NCBI GenBank assembly: GCA_949284445.1
Contig: CASDVP010000007.1
Location: 19,107 to 83,106, forward strand
Direction: 5' to 3'
Source: an uncultured Bacillota bacterium
GTDB taxonomy: Bacteria > Bacillota_I > Bacilli_A > RFN20 > CAG-288
Length of the DNA: 64,000 nt
In this document: positions 9,277-18,400 of the stretch, in pieces
Numbering within the stretch: position 1 is the first letter of the stretch
Layout of the letters: each line of letters opens with the position of its first letter
The notes under the pieces: model-generated
Database searches by the model: none
The model's input: the letters and a program-made list of their open reading frames with translations, nothing else
Told to the model about the DNA's origin: nothing
Made by a program: the position numbers and the translations under genes

Positions 9277-10491
9277 TTAGATTGTTTTCAATATATTTTC
9301 ATTTAATAAGAAATCAAAAATGTTTATCATCTTATATCCTTTTTCTAATCTAGTAAAAGGATTGTCATCAGCTGTTATGATCACTTTTTTATATCCATCA
9401 TCTAACCCTTTAAATGCTGATAATTCTCTTTCTTTAGTGTCAGGATCTTCAATGGTTAAAGAAATTTGAATATAGTATTGGTCATCAGATGTTTTTACAA
9501 CAAAGTCGATCTCTTTGGAATTATTTTTTCCAATATCAACTACGTAATTACGTCTGATAAGCTCTAAAAAAACTAAATTTTCTAAAATGTGTGTCATTTC
9601 AATTTGACGAAAATTGATCTTTTCATTTCTTAAACCTAAATCACATGCATAATATTTGTTCAGTGTTTTTAGATATTCTTTTCCTTTTAAGTCATATCTA
9701 GAAGTTTTATAAAATAAGAAACTATCGCAGATATACTTCAAATAATAGGAAATAGTTTCATTATTGACTGTCTTATAATTATTTGATTTCAAAGTATTTG
9801 CAATCTTGTTAGGGGAGACAACAGATCCTACCTGTGAACATAGTAATTCTAATAATGAATTAAATAATGAGGCATTTTTAATTTTGTTTCGTTCAACTAT
9901 ATCTTTAAAACCGATTGTTTCATTCAGCATTTTTAAATAATCGATTTTTTCATAAGCCTTATCTAATGTGGATATATATGGCATTCCACCATACATGATA
10001 TATTCTTTGAAGGTTTGCTTTATATCCCCACCTCTATGATCATAAAACTCTTTAAAAGATAGGGGATATACTTTTATTTCAATCCCTTTTCCACGCAATT
10101 TGGTATTTATTTCACTAGAAAGAAGCTTGGAATTAGAGCTGGTAATGTATAAATCGCAATTGAAATCGATTTTAATACCGTTGACTAAGTCTTCAAAATT
10201 ATCGATCAATTGAATTTCATCGATGAAAATATAATATTTGTTATCATCGATGATGCGTTTATTGATGTAATCATATAAAGCATTTATGTTTCTGAGATTT
10301 GTAAACTTATTGGATTCTAAATTTATTGATATAATGTGATTTTTATCGATGCCACTATCAATCAGATATTTATAGTATATTTCAAATAGTAAATAAGATT
10401 TTCCACAGCGTCTTATCCCAGTGATTATTTTTACGATGTCTTTATCTTTGTAGTCTATTAATTTTGAAAGTAACAGATCTCTTTTGATCAT
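9277..10491 (-). CDS. AAA+ ATPase of the COG1373 type (AAA_14 N-domain plus a DUF4143-like C-domain).
   Basis: Walker A GIRRCGKS and Walker-B-like YIFIDEIQ. The C-terminal EIDFVVKT...YYIQIS segment is typical of the DUF4143 restriction-endonuclease-like region. Confidence 0.7.
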   Translation of the reverse strand: MIKRDLLLSKLIDYKDKDIVKIITGIRRCGKSYLLFEIYYKYLIDSGIDKNHIISINLESNKFTNLRNINALYDYINKRIIDDNKYYIFIDEIQLIDNFEDLVNGIKIDFNCDLYITSSNSKLLSSEINTKLRGKGIEIKVYPLSFKEFYDHRGGDIKQTFKEYIMYGGMPYISTLDKAYEKIDYLKMLNETIGFKDIVERNKIKNASLFNSLLELLCSQVGSVVSPNKIANTLKSNNYKTVNNETISYYLKYICDSFLFYKTSRYDLKGKEYLKTLNKYYACDLGLRNEKINFRQIEMTHILENLVFLELIRRNYVVDIGKNNSKEIDFVVKTSDDQYYIQISLTIEDPDTKERELSAFKGLDDGYKKVIITADDNPFTRLEKGYKMINIFDFLLNENILKTI

Positions 10492-10518
10492 AATGTAATC
10501 CTCATTGATAATATTATA

Positions 10519-10559
10519 ACCGCAAAACTTTTAAATTTAAAAACTTTTGCGGTTATATT
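10519..10559. repeat. Perfect palindrome/hairpin (ATAACCGCAAAA - loop - TTTTGCGGTTAT). Probable terminator for the upstream ATPase gene and repeat partner of 9238..9276.
   Basis: 12-bp inverted repeat with a 17-nt AT loop, downstream of the 10745..12184 minus-strand gene. Confidence 0.6.
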
Positions 10560-10744
10560 TGCAACTTATATCAAGTGCTAGATATTCTTTTCTCCATTAT
10601 TTTGTAGTCAAGCTTATATATTATGATGCTTTTTATCTGATATCTTACGATGGACTTTTGCACACCCTTTTATTTCTAATTTTTTTAAATCTGTTATGAC
10701 AATATTTATTAATTGATTTTGAAATTGGTTTTCCAAATAAATTT

Positions 10745-12184
10745 CTATTTTAATGGTTTTAACATCGTCTTTAAATCGATCAAATGAAGCCTATGATCAG
10801 CAACTTTTCTTAAAGAACTATCGAATCCATTTGCTCCGAACAAATAGAACTCAACATTTTTGTAATTTGATAGAGATGGTACAGATATATCTTCACACAT
10901 ATCTTTATAGTCTTGATAAGTTCTTTCCTGTTTAGAAAATTTTGATTTTCCGATAAGTAAATTATCACCAGCAGTACCGACAATATCTAGCTCTATACTT
11001 CTTCCTAAATTTTTACTATTTATATTCAAATTTTCAAATTGTTGGTAGAAAGTTTGTAGTCTTCCTTTTTTATTAAGAAAATTTAGATAAGTCATGCATT
11101 CTTTCTCGAAAGCATGTTCTATAAATTCTTTTATAGCATTTTCGTATTGCTTTCTTATGACTTTTCCAGCTCCGCTTTTAATCCATTCAACATTTCCTCT
11201 AATAAAGCGATAAAAGAATGCCATCATTTGATCAAAAATTTCATAGTGAACATCTCTTTTAGAATGAAAAGAAGATCTTCTAATCAACACGTTATCTTCG
11301 ACAAGTTGAGATACATATTTAGTTATTTTGCTACTATCTTCTGAAAAAAAGAGACTTAGATCTTTTATAGTATCATAGCCTTCACTAATAGCTTTGATGA
11401 TTGAAGCATATAAGCCACCAGTTGCTACATCAGAGGTAATAACTTTGCTAGGATCGTCTGCAAAAATAGCAGTTCTATCAAAAAAGAGACGATTCATATT
11501 GTCGTTGAAACTCTTGCTAGTATCTATCAGTGAAAGATAATATGGGAATGTGTTAGTCAATGCTAAAAACTTAGCTTTTTCCAAAAGATCTTTCACATCG
11601 GATAATGCTGAGATAGCTTCATCAAATTCAAATTTGTTTAGTAATAGTTGAAAGGTGTTTCTTTTGTAAAGAGGTGCCTTACTATCTTGAATTTCTTTTT
11701 CCATAAATGAAACATTACTTCCAGTTAGAATAAGAGTGAATTTTCCTTTTCTAAATAACATATCTATAGCTTTTTGAAGCGAAGAAGTGAAATCAGTTTT
11801 CTTTCTTTTGCCGTCTCTAGTCAGAATGAGATTCGGATATTCATCAATGACTAAAAGTCCTTTTTCATCCCCAAAATATTCGTTTACACTTTCAAAAAAT
11901 GCATTCCAATCTGTATATACTCCACTAGAATAACCTAAAAGCCTATTTAATTCTCTAGAGAAAACTAATCTATTATCAAGATCTTCACTATCAGTTGCAA
12001 AAAGAAAGAGTGATTTTTCCCCTTCAGCTAGCATTTGCATCAAAGTTGTTTTACCGATTCTTCTTTGCCCATAGACATATCCAAATTCAAAACGATCACT
12101 ATCATAAAAACTATTAAGCAATTTAAGTTCTTCTTTTCTTCCATAATATCTTTTCATACAGCAACTCCTATCAGAATATGTCAT
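10745..12184 (-). CDS. AAA+ ATPase of the COG1672 type (Arch_ATPase N-domain plus a DUF234-like C-domain).
   Basis: Walker A GQRRIGKTT and Walker B LLVIDEYPNL. C-terminal ..IELDIVGTAGDNLLIGKSKF, as in the DUF234 PD-(D/E)xK-like region. The true start is probably the internal Met (MKRYYGRKEEL). Confidence 0.7.
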   Translation of the reverse strand: MTYSDRSCCMKRYYGRKEELKLLNSFYDSDRFEFGYVYGQRRIGKTTLMQMLAEGEKSLFLFATDSEDLDNRLVFSRELNRLLGYSSGVYTDWNAFFESVNEYFGDEKGLLVIDEYPNLILTRDGKRKKTDFTSSLQKAIDMLFRKGKFTLILTGSNVSFMEKEIQDSKAPLYKRNTFQLLLNKFEFDEAISALSDVKDLLEKAKFLALTNTFPYYLSLIDTSKSFNDNMNRLFFDRTAIFADDPSKVITSDVATGGLYASIIKAISEGYDTIKDLSLFFSEDSSKITKYVSQLVEDNVLIRRSSFHSKRDVHYEIFDQMMAFFYRFIRGNVEWIKSGAGKVIRKQYENAIKEFIEHAFEKECMTYLNFLNKKGRLQTFYQQFENLNINSKNLGRSIELDIVGTAGDNLLIGKSKFSKQERTYQDYKDMCEDISVPSLSNYKNVEFYLFGANGFDSSLRKVADHRLHLIDLKTMLKPLK

Positions 12185-12556
12185 CTTAAATGTAACAATA
12201 ATAAATCATATTTGCTAGTATTACGGAATACGTATTCAGTGAATACGTAGTAAGCAAACTTAAAACCATAACTTTTATAACGGATTTGTATCGTCTTTTC
12301 ATTTTTAAATATCTATTCATCATGGTTGTAGTTCTAGGACCAACTATTATTTCATTTTTAACGCAGAAATATTTGTCTGATAGTAATTATTTTTTAGCAT
12401 TTTAGGTGATATGGTTATTTCATCTTTTTTATCTATTTATTAGGGTTCTCTTTTTCTGACTTTTGAAAATAAAGATTTATCACATCTTGTATTTGTATTT
12501 AAGACGATTGATAAATCTGACATTGAATTTGAATATGAATAAAAGCAAATAAAAAC

Positions 12557-12578
12557 TACAATGCCTAGGCATTGTAGC
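12557..12578 (-). terminator. Terminator hairpin downstream of the tRNA.
   Basis: Perfect palindrome CTACAATGCC-TAGG-CATTGTAG, followed on the minus strand by TTTTTATTTGCTTTT. Confidence 0.6.
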
Positions 12579-12593
12579 ATTTAACAAGATAAT

Positions 12594-12667
12594 TGACCCT
12601 AACGGGATTCGAACCCGTGGATGCAGCCTTGAGAGGGCTGAGACTTAAGCCGCTTGTCGATAGGGCC
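12594..12667 (-). tRNA. tRNA, 74 nt, no encoded CCA. By my hand fold the anticodon is CUC (Glu).
   Basis: Minus-strand sequence GGCCCTATCGACAAGCGGCTTAAGTCTCAGCCCTCTCAAGGCTGCATCCACGGGTTCGAATCCCGTTAGGGTCA. The acceptor stem is GGCCCTA/TAGGGTC with a G-U pair. T-arm is ACGGG-TTCGAAT-CCCGT. The anticodon stem is CAGCC/GGCTG with loop CTCTCAA. The D-loop contains GG. The anticodon assignment is less certain than the tRNA call itself. Confidence 0.75.
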
Positions 12668-12736
12668 ATCAAGCGCCTTAATAATATAAATTAAAGAAGT
12701 GAATTAAGCAAGTATTATTATAGTTGAATCAGTTGA

Positions 12737-13558
12737 CTAAATTGGTGTTTGATCATGATTTATCAGACTTTTAATAGAAATTATTTCTTCGATAATTGCT
12801 TTAAATGACATAAAGCAAAAAGCGGTGATACACAAAGTGAAGAAGCATTGTGATAGGGAGTGATTAGAAAACATTTTTCCACTCATATCTGAAAAGCCTA
12901 TTGTTGTAAACAGAATTATAGAAATAGTGATCAGAAAGATGTTGATGATAGATATTGTTATGAAACGATGTAGCTTGTTGTTTGAATTTTGCTTTATCAG
13001 TATTAGCAATGGAGATGAGAATAGCGACAGCGCACTTATCGCTATCAGCCAAGATGGTCCTAAAAAATTGTTTTCTACACTATACATAATTAGGTTAGAA
13101 ATGACCATGAGATTTGATGCCATTCCAAAACTATATTCAGTGATCAGCAAGTGATAAGTTTTTCTATCATTTGAATGATAAGTCTTCAGTTTAATAAAAG
13201 CTGGTTTATAAATGAAGAAGAAAATAATCAAAAATTCTATGCAAGCCAAAATGCCTAAAATATAAAGAATAGTTGAACCAAAAGAGTTGAAGGACAGAAA
13301 ACCTAAAATCATAAAAGGTAGTAATAATATGACCTCTTTAATAATTGATATTATGAAATACAAAATTTGGATATTTTCTTTGTCTCTATATGCATAAACA
13401 TAAAGTGTTTGTAAACAACATAAAACAATGACCGGAATGAAGAAGAGAAGCGTGATAGATGAAAAAGACGTTATTAAAAAGTAGATGAAATAAATCAGTA
13501 ATAGAAATGTGATCAGTGAGTTGATGGTGAATAGCATGATATTTTTTAGATTTTTCAT
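12737..13558 (-). CDS. Polytopic membrane protein, hypothetical.
   Basis: 273 aa with 7-8 hydrophobic segments and no recognisable motif. Separated by only 4 nt from the upstream gene at 13563..14849. Confidence 0.45.
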   Translation of the reverse strand: MKNLKNIMLFTINSLITFLLLIYFIYFLITSFSSITLLFFIPVIVLCCLQTLYVYAYRDKENIQILYFIISIIKEVILLLPFMILGFLSFNSFGSTILYILGILACIEFLIIFFFIYKPAFIKLKTYHSNDRKTYHLLITEYSFGMASNLMVISNLIMYSVENNFLGPSWLIAISALSLFSSPLLILIKQNSNNKLHRFITISIINIFLITISIILFTTIGFSDMSGKMFSNHSLSQCFFTLCITAFCFMSFKAIIEEIISIKSLINHDQTPI

Positions 13559-13562
13559 ATAT

Positions 13563-14849
13563 CTATATTTTGTTATAGACTACACTAAAAGTATATTCTG
13601 TTTTAGATAAATTGTTTGCAGCAGTTATATATCTTACATTAGTATCATTAACCCAAGAGAATGTGATTGAAGTAGCTGACCAATTTTGATAGATATCTAC
13701 TGTGTTTGATTGGCGAGCTGCTAATTTAAAACTTTTAATATCTCCTAATCCTTCCCAATCTCTAGCGTGTTCTTCAAAACACATTTTAGTATTGTACTCA
13801 ACAGTAATGTCAAAATTATTAGGATTGAATACTTCAATAGTCCAAAAACTACTGTTCCACCAGAATTTATCAGTAAAATCATATAAATGGAGTTGTAAAA
13901 AATTATCCATAGCTATTGATATCGAAATGGTATTTATACCTCTAGTTAAATCAACTGGTAAGCATGGCATAGTTTTTGGATTAAACTTATAATTATAAGT
14001 AGAGACGATGTCTAATCCTGCATAGTAATAGGCAGCAAAAATAAGTTCAGAACAATACCAAGAAGGGGAATTGATATCCGTTCTTGTATATTTAAACTCA
14101 AGTGGATTCGGCTCATATGGCTTGCCTAATTGCTGTGAGATAAATTCTTTTGCGACTTTAGTAGCACCTAATTCACCCGCTCGATAAATTCTGTAGATTG
14201 TAACGCCGTAGTCCAAAACTCTTGTATCATCTACAAAGCCATATTGCACGCCACCAGCAACAGCTTCAACTGTTTGGATATAATTACCATAATCACTATC
14301 CTTCGAGTTATTATAAACAAATGCCACATGTTTTAAATCAAAACTGGCCATAGCTTCAAAAACTATGTCACCAGTTTGGATTACTGAATAATCATAGTTA
14401 GAGTAAACTGGTTTTCTTTTAAAATATTTTTTATTTGTTTTATTTGGCTCTCCAATGTCACTATCTAATATATAATTTGCATCTGTAGAGCTAGAGTTGG
14501 AACTAGCACTTAGAGGATTTATAAATGGATAATCATTTGAACATAAAAAAATGATAAATTCATCAATTGAATACTGGTGCTCATAGTACAAATCAACAAA
14601 CATATCATAAGAGACAGGTTCGAAATCTGTATTTTTTTCTAAATAAATATCATAATAATATTCAAATAAGTCAAGATAACTAAAGACTTCTTCACCAGTA
14701 TATTTTTGTGTTTTATTATTCTGGTTTGTTTTTCTTATATTCGAAACAACTTTATTAGAGGCGCATTCATTCTTGCTTGTAGATAAATTTGCAGAACCAA
14801 GAGTCAGCAAAGAGGTAAACACAAAGAAAATAAATTTTGTATTTAACAT
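13563..14849 (-). CDS. Secreted protein with a permuted papain-fold (NlpC/P60-superfamily, YiiX/YaeF C92-like) amidase/acyltransferase domain.
   Basis: N-terminal signal peptide (MLNTKFIFFVFTSLLTLGSANLS). The order TGDIVF...HVAFVY (His) then ...SPSWYCSELIFAAYYYAG (the YCSE Cys motif) places His before Cys, as in permuted NlpC/P60 members. Confidence 0.5.
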   Translation of the reverse strand: MLNTKFIFFVFTSLLTLGSANLSTSKNECASNKVVSNIRKTNQNNKTQKYTGEEVFSYLDLFEYYYDIYLEKNTDFEPVSYDMFVDLYYEHQYSIDEFIIFLCSNDYPFINPLSASSNSSSTDANYILDSDIGEPNKTNKKYFKRKPVYSNYDYSVIQTGDIVFEAMASFDLKHVAFVYNNSKDSDYGNYIQTVEAVAGGVQYGFVDDTRVLDYGVTIYRIYRAGELGATKVAKEFISQQLGKPYEPNPLEFKYTRTDINSPSWYCSELIFAAYYYAGLDIVSTYNYKFNPKTMPCLPVDLTRGINTISISIAMDNFLQLHLYDFTDKFWWNSSFWTIEVFNPNNFDITVEYNTKMCFEEHARDWEGLGDIKSFKLAARQSNTVDIYQNWSATSITFSWVNDTNVRYITAANNLSKTEYTFSVVYNKI

Positions 14850-15094
14850 ATAGTCATTCCTCTTTTTTGTTCTATAAAAATCTTAATTAAAAATTCCTTT
14901 TAAAACAAGTTGTTTTATTTTTTCATTAAATATGATATTCTTTTCTGTAGCACTTTTTATGTGCTAATAAACATAGATGTGAATCTTGTCGACTAGTCCT
15001 TTATGCCGCACCAACCTATAGATAAGTTTCAACGCTTAGCATACTGGGTTGACATCTCGAAACATCTAGAAGAACAACAAAAAGGAGGCTCAAA

Positions 15095-16144
15095 ATGAGC
15101 GAAGAAGAGAAGAAAGAAGTCGAAACTACTGCCCCTGCTACTGATGTCATGGCTAGCACAGTCCATGCTGAGACTGATAGAGTTGTCAGTCCTAAAACCT
15201 TATTAGATGCCGGTTGCCATTTCGGACACCGTGTCTCTCATTGGAATCCGAAGATGAGACATTTCATCTATGGCAAGAGAAACAATCTCCACATCATCGA
15301 TTTAAACAAGTCTGCTGAACAGATTCAAACCGCTTATCATGCTTTAAAGGACATCGTTTCTAAAGGTGGTAAAGTCTTATTTGTCGGCACTAAAGCCTAT
15401 GCTCAAAAAGCTATTCAAGAAGAAGCTGTTCGTTCTGGTTCTTTCTATGTCTCACATAGATGGTTAGGCGGAACTTTGACCAACTTCAGAACTATCTGCA
15501 AACGTATCGCTTTACTCAAAGAGATCGAACAAGAAGAATTGACTGGTGGTTTTGATAACCTCTCCAAGAAAGAAGTCGCTGAAAAGACCAAGTTAAAGAA
15601 CAAGCTCAGCCAAAACTTAGAAGGTATCAAAGAGATTAGATTACTTCCTAACGCTTTAGTCGTTGTCGATCCTAAGACTGAACACAACGCTGTCGCTGAA
15701 GCAAGAGCATTACATATCCCTGTTTTCGCTTTAGGTGATACCAATACTGATCCTGATGAGATCGATTATTTGATCCCTGCTAATGATGATGGCGAAGCTT
15801 CTATCCGCATCGTCGTCGGTTTATTAGCTGATGCTGTTGTCGAAGGTAAAGGCGGTGAACCCTTATATGCTTATAAAGATGCTGAAGCTGCTTCTTCCAC
15901 TATGGCTGAAATGCTCAAAGCTGTCGATCCTAATGAACAGATCAAATCCATCCGTTCTAAGCTCAGAGATGATGCTATCGCTATGAGAAAGAGCGCTAAA
16001 GGTGGAAGAGTCGTCAGAAGAAAAGTTAATAAGAATTTTAAAAAAGCTCCTGCTAGAAGCAAAGAAGCTAACTCTGCTGAAGCTCCTGCAACTGAAAAAC
16101 CTGCTGAGACTACTGCTGAAGTTAAAACTGAGGAGAGCAAGTAA
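15095..16144 (+). CDS. rpsB: 30S ribosomal protein S2, with an N-terminal extension of about 30 aa and a C-terminal Lys/Ala/Glu-rich extension of about 90 aa.
   Basis: S2 core (LLDAGCHFGHRVSHWNPKM...VSHRWLGGTLTNF). AAAGGAGG RBS 7 nt before the ATG. TAATG overlap with tsf. Confidence 0.95.
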   Translation: MSEEEKKEVETTAPATDVMASTVHAETDRVVSPKTLLDAGCHFGHRVSHWNPKMRHFIYGKRNNLHIIDLNKSAEQIQTAYHALKDIVSKGGKVLFVGTKAYAQKAIQEEAVRSGSFYVSHRWLGGTLTNFRTICKRIALLKEIEQEELTGGFDNLSKKEVAEKTKLKNKLSQNLEGIKEIRLLPNALVVVDPKTEHNAVAEARALHIPVFALGDTNTDPDEIDYLIPANDDGEASIRIVVGLLADAVVEGKGGEPLYAYKDAEAASSTMAEMLKAVDPNEQIKSIRSKLRDDAIAMRKSAKGGRVVRRKVNKNFKKAPARSKEANSAEAPATEKPAETTAEVKTEESK

Positions 16145-17031
16145 TGAGCAATATTATTGAACTTATCAAACAGCTCCGTGATCGCACTGGTGCTGGTTTG
16201 ATGGATTGTAAGAAAGCCTTGATCGAAAACGGCGAAGATTTAGAAAAAGCCGCTCTTTGGTTAAGAGAAAAAGGCATTGCCAAGCAAGAGAAGAAAGCTT
16301 CTCGTACTGCTGCTGAAGGTGTCGCTTGGGTTAAGACTAGCGGAAACAAAGCGGCTATCATCGAAATTAACTGTGAAACTGATTTCGTCGCTAACTCTGA
16401 TCCTTTCAGAGAATTAGTCAAAGGTGTTAATGATATCGTCTTAGCTGCTGAACCTAAGACCAAAGAAGAAGCCTTAGCTTGCACTGATAAAGATGGTAAA
16501 TCTATCAAAGATTTATTTGTCGATGCTGGTATCAAACTCGGTGAGAAATTAGATTTCCGTCGTTTTGCTATCATCGAAAAGAGCGATGATGAAATCTTTG
16601 GTCCTTATATTCATATGAATGGTAAGATCGCTACCTTAGTAGTTTTAAAAGGTGGTGATGCTGAAATCGCTAACGGTATCGCTTTGAATGTCTGCAATGA
16701 TAATCCCACTTATATCTCTGATGCCGATATCCCTAGTGATGTCATCGCTAGAGAGACTGAGATCGAAAAAGAAGCTTCTTTAAACGATCCTAGCTTTGCA
16801 AAGAAGCCTGCTAATATCCAAGAGAAGATCATTGAAGGTCGTGTTAAGAAGAATTTAGGTTCTTCTGTCTTGACCGAACAGGTCTATATCTTAGATCAAG
16901 AGAAGAAAGTCGGCGATGTTCTCAAAGCTAGCAAAGCTACTGTTTCTTCCTTTATCCGTTATGCAGTCGGTGAAGGTATCGAAAAGAAACAAGAAGATTT
17001 TGCTGCTGAAGTCGCAAGTCAAATGAAGTAA
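16144..17031 (+). CDS. tsf: Elongation factor Ts.
   Basis: IKQLRDRTGAGLMDCKKAL N-terminal UBA-like motif; follows rpsB as in most bacteria. Confidence 0.95.
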   Translation: MSNIIELIKQLRDRTGAGLMDCKKALIENGEDLEKAALWLREKGIAKQEKKASRTAAEGVAWVKTSGNKAAIIEINCETDFVANSDPFRELVKGVNDIVLAAEPKTKEEALACTDKDGKSIKDLFVDAGIKLGEKLDFRRFAIIEKSDDEIFGPYIHMNGKIATLVVLKGGDAEIANGIALNVCNDNPTYISDADIPSDVIARETEIEKEASLNDPSFAKKPANIQEKIIEGRVKKNLGSSVLTEQVYILDQEKKVGDVLKASKATVSSFIRYAVGEGIEKKQEDFAAEVASQMK

Positions 17032-17088
17032 AAATCTTATAAAGCACCCAACTATTGGGTGCTTTATTTCTAAGCAGGAGAAAAAAAG

Positions 17089-17799
17089 ATGTATAAGAGA
17101 ATATTATTAAAAATATCTGGTGAAGCCTTAGAAGATAAAGATAACCATCATTCTTATGATCCCGCTTTTATTAAAACTATTTCTGACGTTGTTAAAGAGA
17201 TCTCTGATATGGGAATCGAAATAGCTATCGTTGTCGGTGGTGGCAATATTTGGCGCGGCAATTTAGCTCCTTCTATCGGCATCGATAAAACCACTGGTGA
17301 TTATATGGGTATGCTGGCTACTATCATGAACGGCATGGCTTTACAGGCTACTTTTGAAAAGAATGGATTAGTCACTAGAGTGATGTCTGCATTACCGTTA
17401 AACGCTTGTTGTGAACCATATATCTTAAGAAAAGCTATCAGACACTTAGAAAAGAAACGCGTCGTCATCTTCGCTTCGGGTGTCGGTTCACCATTCTTCA
17501 CCACTGATACCGCTGCGGCTTTAAGAGCTAAAGAGATCAAAGCTGATGCAATATTGATGGGCAAAAACGGTGTGGAAGGCGTGATGGATGACGATCCGCG
17601 AATCAATAAGAATGCTAAACTCTTAAAGAATGTCACTTATCAAGATATCTTAGCTAAAAACTTAAAAGTTATGGATTCGACCGCTGTCGGTCTATTAGCT
17701 GATTCTAATATCCAGATCAAAGTTTTTAATATGTCTGATCCTTTTAATGCTGTGAGAGTCTTAAAAGGGGAAGAATTAGGCACTACCATAAAAGCCTAA
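17089..17799 (+). CDS. pyrH: UMP kinase.
   Basis: ILLKISGEAL...VVGGGNIWRG motifs; conserved rpsB-tsf-pyrH-frr synteny. Confidence 0.95.
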   Translation: MYKRILLKISGEALEDKDNHHSYDPAFIKTISDVVKEISDMGIEIAIVVGGGNIWRGNLAPSIGIDKTTGDYMGMLATIMNGMALQATFEKNGLVTRVMSALPLNACCEPYILRKAIRHLEKKRVVIFASGVGSPFFTTDTAAALRAKEIKADAILMGKNGVEGVMDDDPRINKNAKLLKNVTYQDILAKNLKVMDSTAVGLLADSNIQIKVFNMSDPFNAVRVLKGEELGTTIKA

Positions 17800-17854
17800 A
17801 GATTTTTTTGTCTAAATATAGTAAAATATTAACATTATATCGGAGGTATTTCTT

Positions 17855-18397
17855 ATGGATATAAAACAAGAATGCATAGAAAAGATGGATAAGACTATCA
17901 GCAGTTTCAAAGAGACTTTAGGAACTATCAGAGCTGGTAGAGTATCTCCTTCTCTTTTAGATAAAGTTTTAGTCACTTGCTATGGTGAGTCGATGCCTTT
18001 AAAGCATGTCGCTTCGATCACTGTTTTATCACCTACTGACTTAGGTGTTAAACCTTTTGATCCTTCTACTCAAAGAGATATTCTCTCTGGTCTCAACAAA
18101 GCTGATTTAGGTTGCAATCCTGTCGTCAATGGTGGCACTATCATGCTGAAATTTCCAGCTCCTAGTGAAGATAGACGCAAAGATTTGATCAAGCAATGCA
18201 AGAAGTATGGTGAAGATAGCAAAGTCGCTTTGCGCAATATCCGTAAGGACTTCAATAATAAAGTCAAAAAGGATGAAACTCTTTCTGAAGATATGCAGCA
18301 CGATATCTTAGACGAGATCCAAAAAGCGACTGATAAACACACTAAAATCGTCGATGAGCTTTTAGCGAAGAAGATCGAAGAGATCGAAACGATATAA
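17855..18397 (+). CDS. frr: Ribosome recycling factor.
   Basis: 180 aa with the typical RRF sequence (RAGRVSPSLLD...), plus synteny. Confidence 0.95.
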   Translation: MDIKQECIEKMDKTISSFKETLGTIRAGRVSPSLLDKVLVTCYGESMPLKHVASITVLSPTDLGVKPFDPSTQRDILSGLNKADLGCNPVVNGGTIMLKFPAPSEDRRKDLIKQCKKYGEDSKVALRNIRKDFNNKVKKDETLSEDMQHDILDEIQKATDKHTKIVDELLAKKIEEIETI

Positions 18398-18400
18398 TAA

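Noticed and set aside
9238-10559. A hairpin-flanked ATPase gene as a MITE or IS.
   Set aside because: There is no transposase and no target-site duplication, and one copy is only a degenerate half-palindrome. More likely these are duplicated terminator-like elements, so I reported them as a finding with modest weight.
12223-12248. GAATACGTATTC perfect palindrome, with a nearby GAATACGTA repeat, downstream of the ATPase gene.
   Set aside because: It is a single short AT-rich palindrome in a 400-bp spacer and could arise by chance. There is no associated gene whose regulation it would explain.
15445-18342. Antisense ORFs of 64-150 aa inside rpsB, tsf, pyrH and frr (for example 15445..15744, 16122..16574, 17301..17636, 18070..18342).
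   Set aside because: They are shadow ORFs on the opposite strand of highly conserved genes, with no RBS and Ser/Leu-rich translations typical of an antisense frame.
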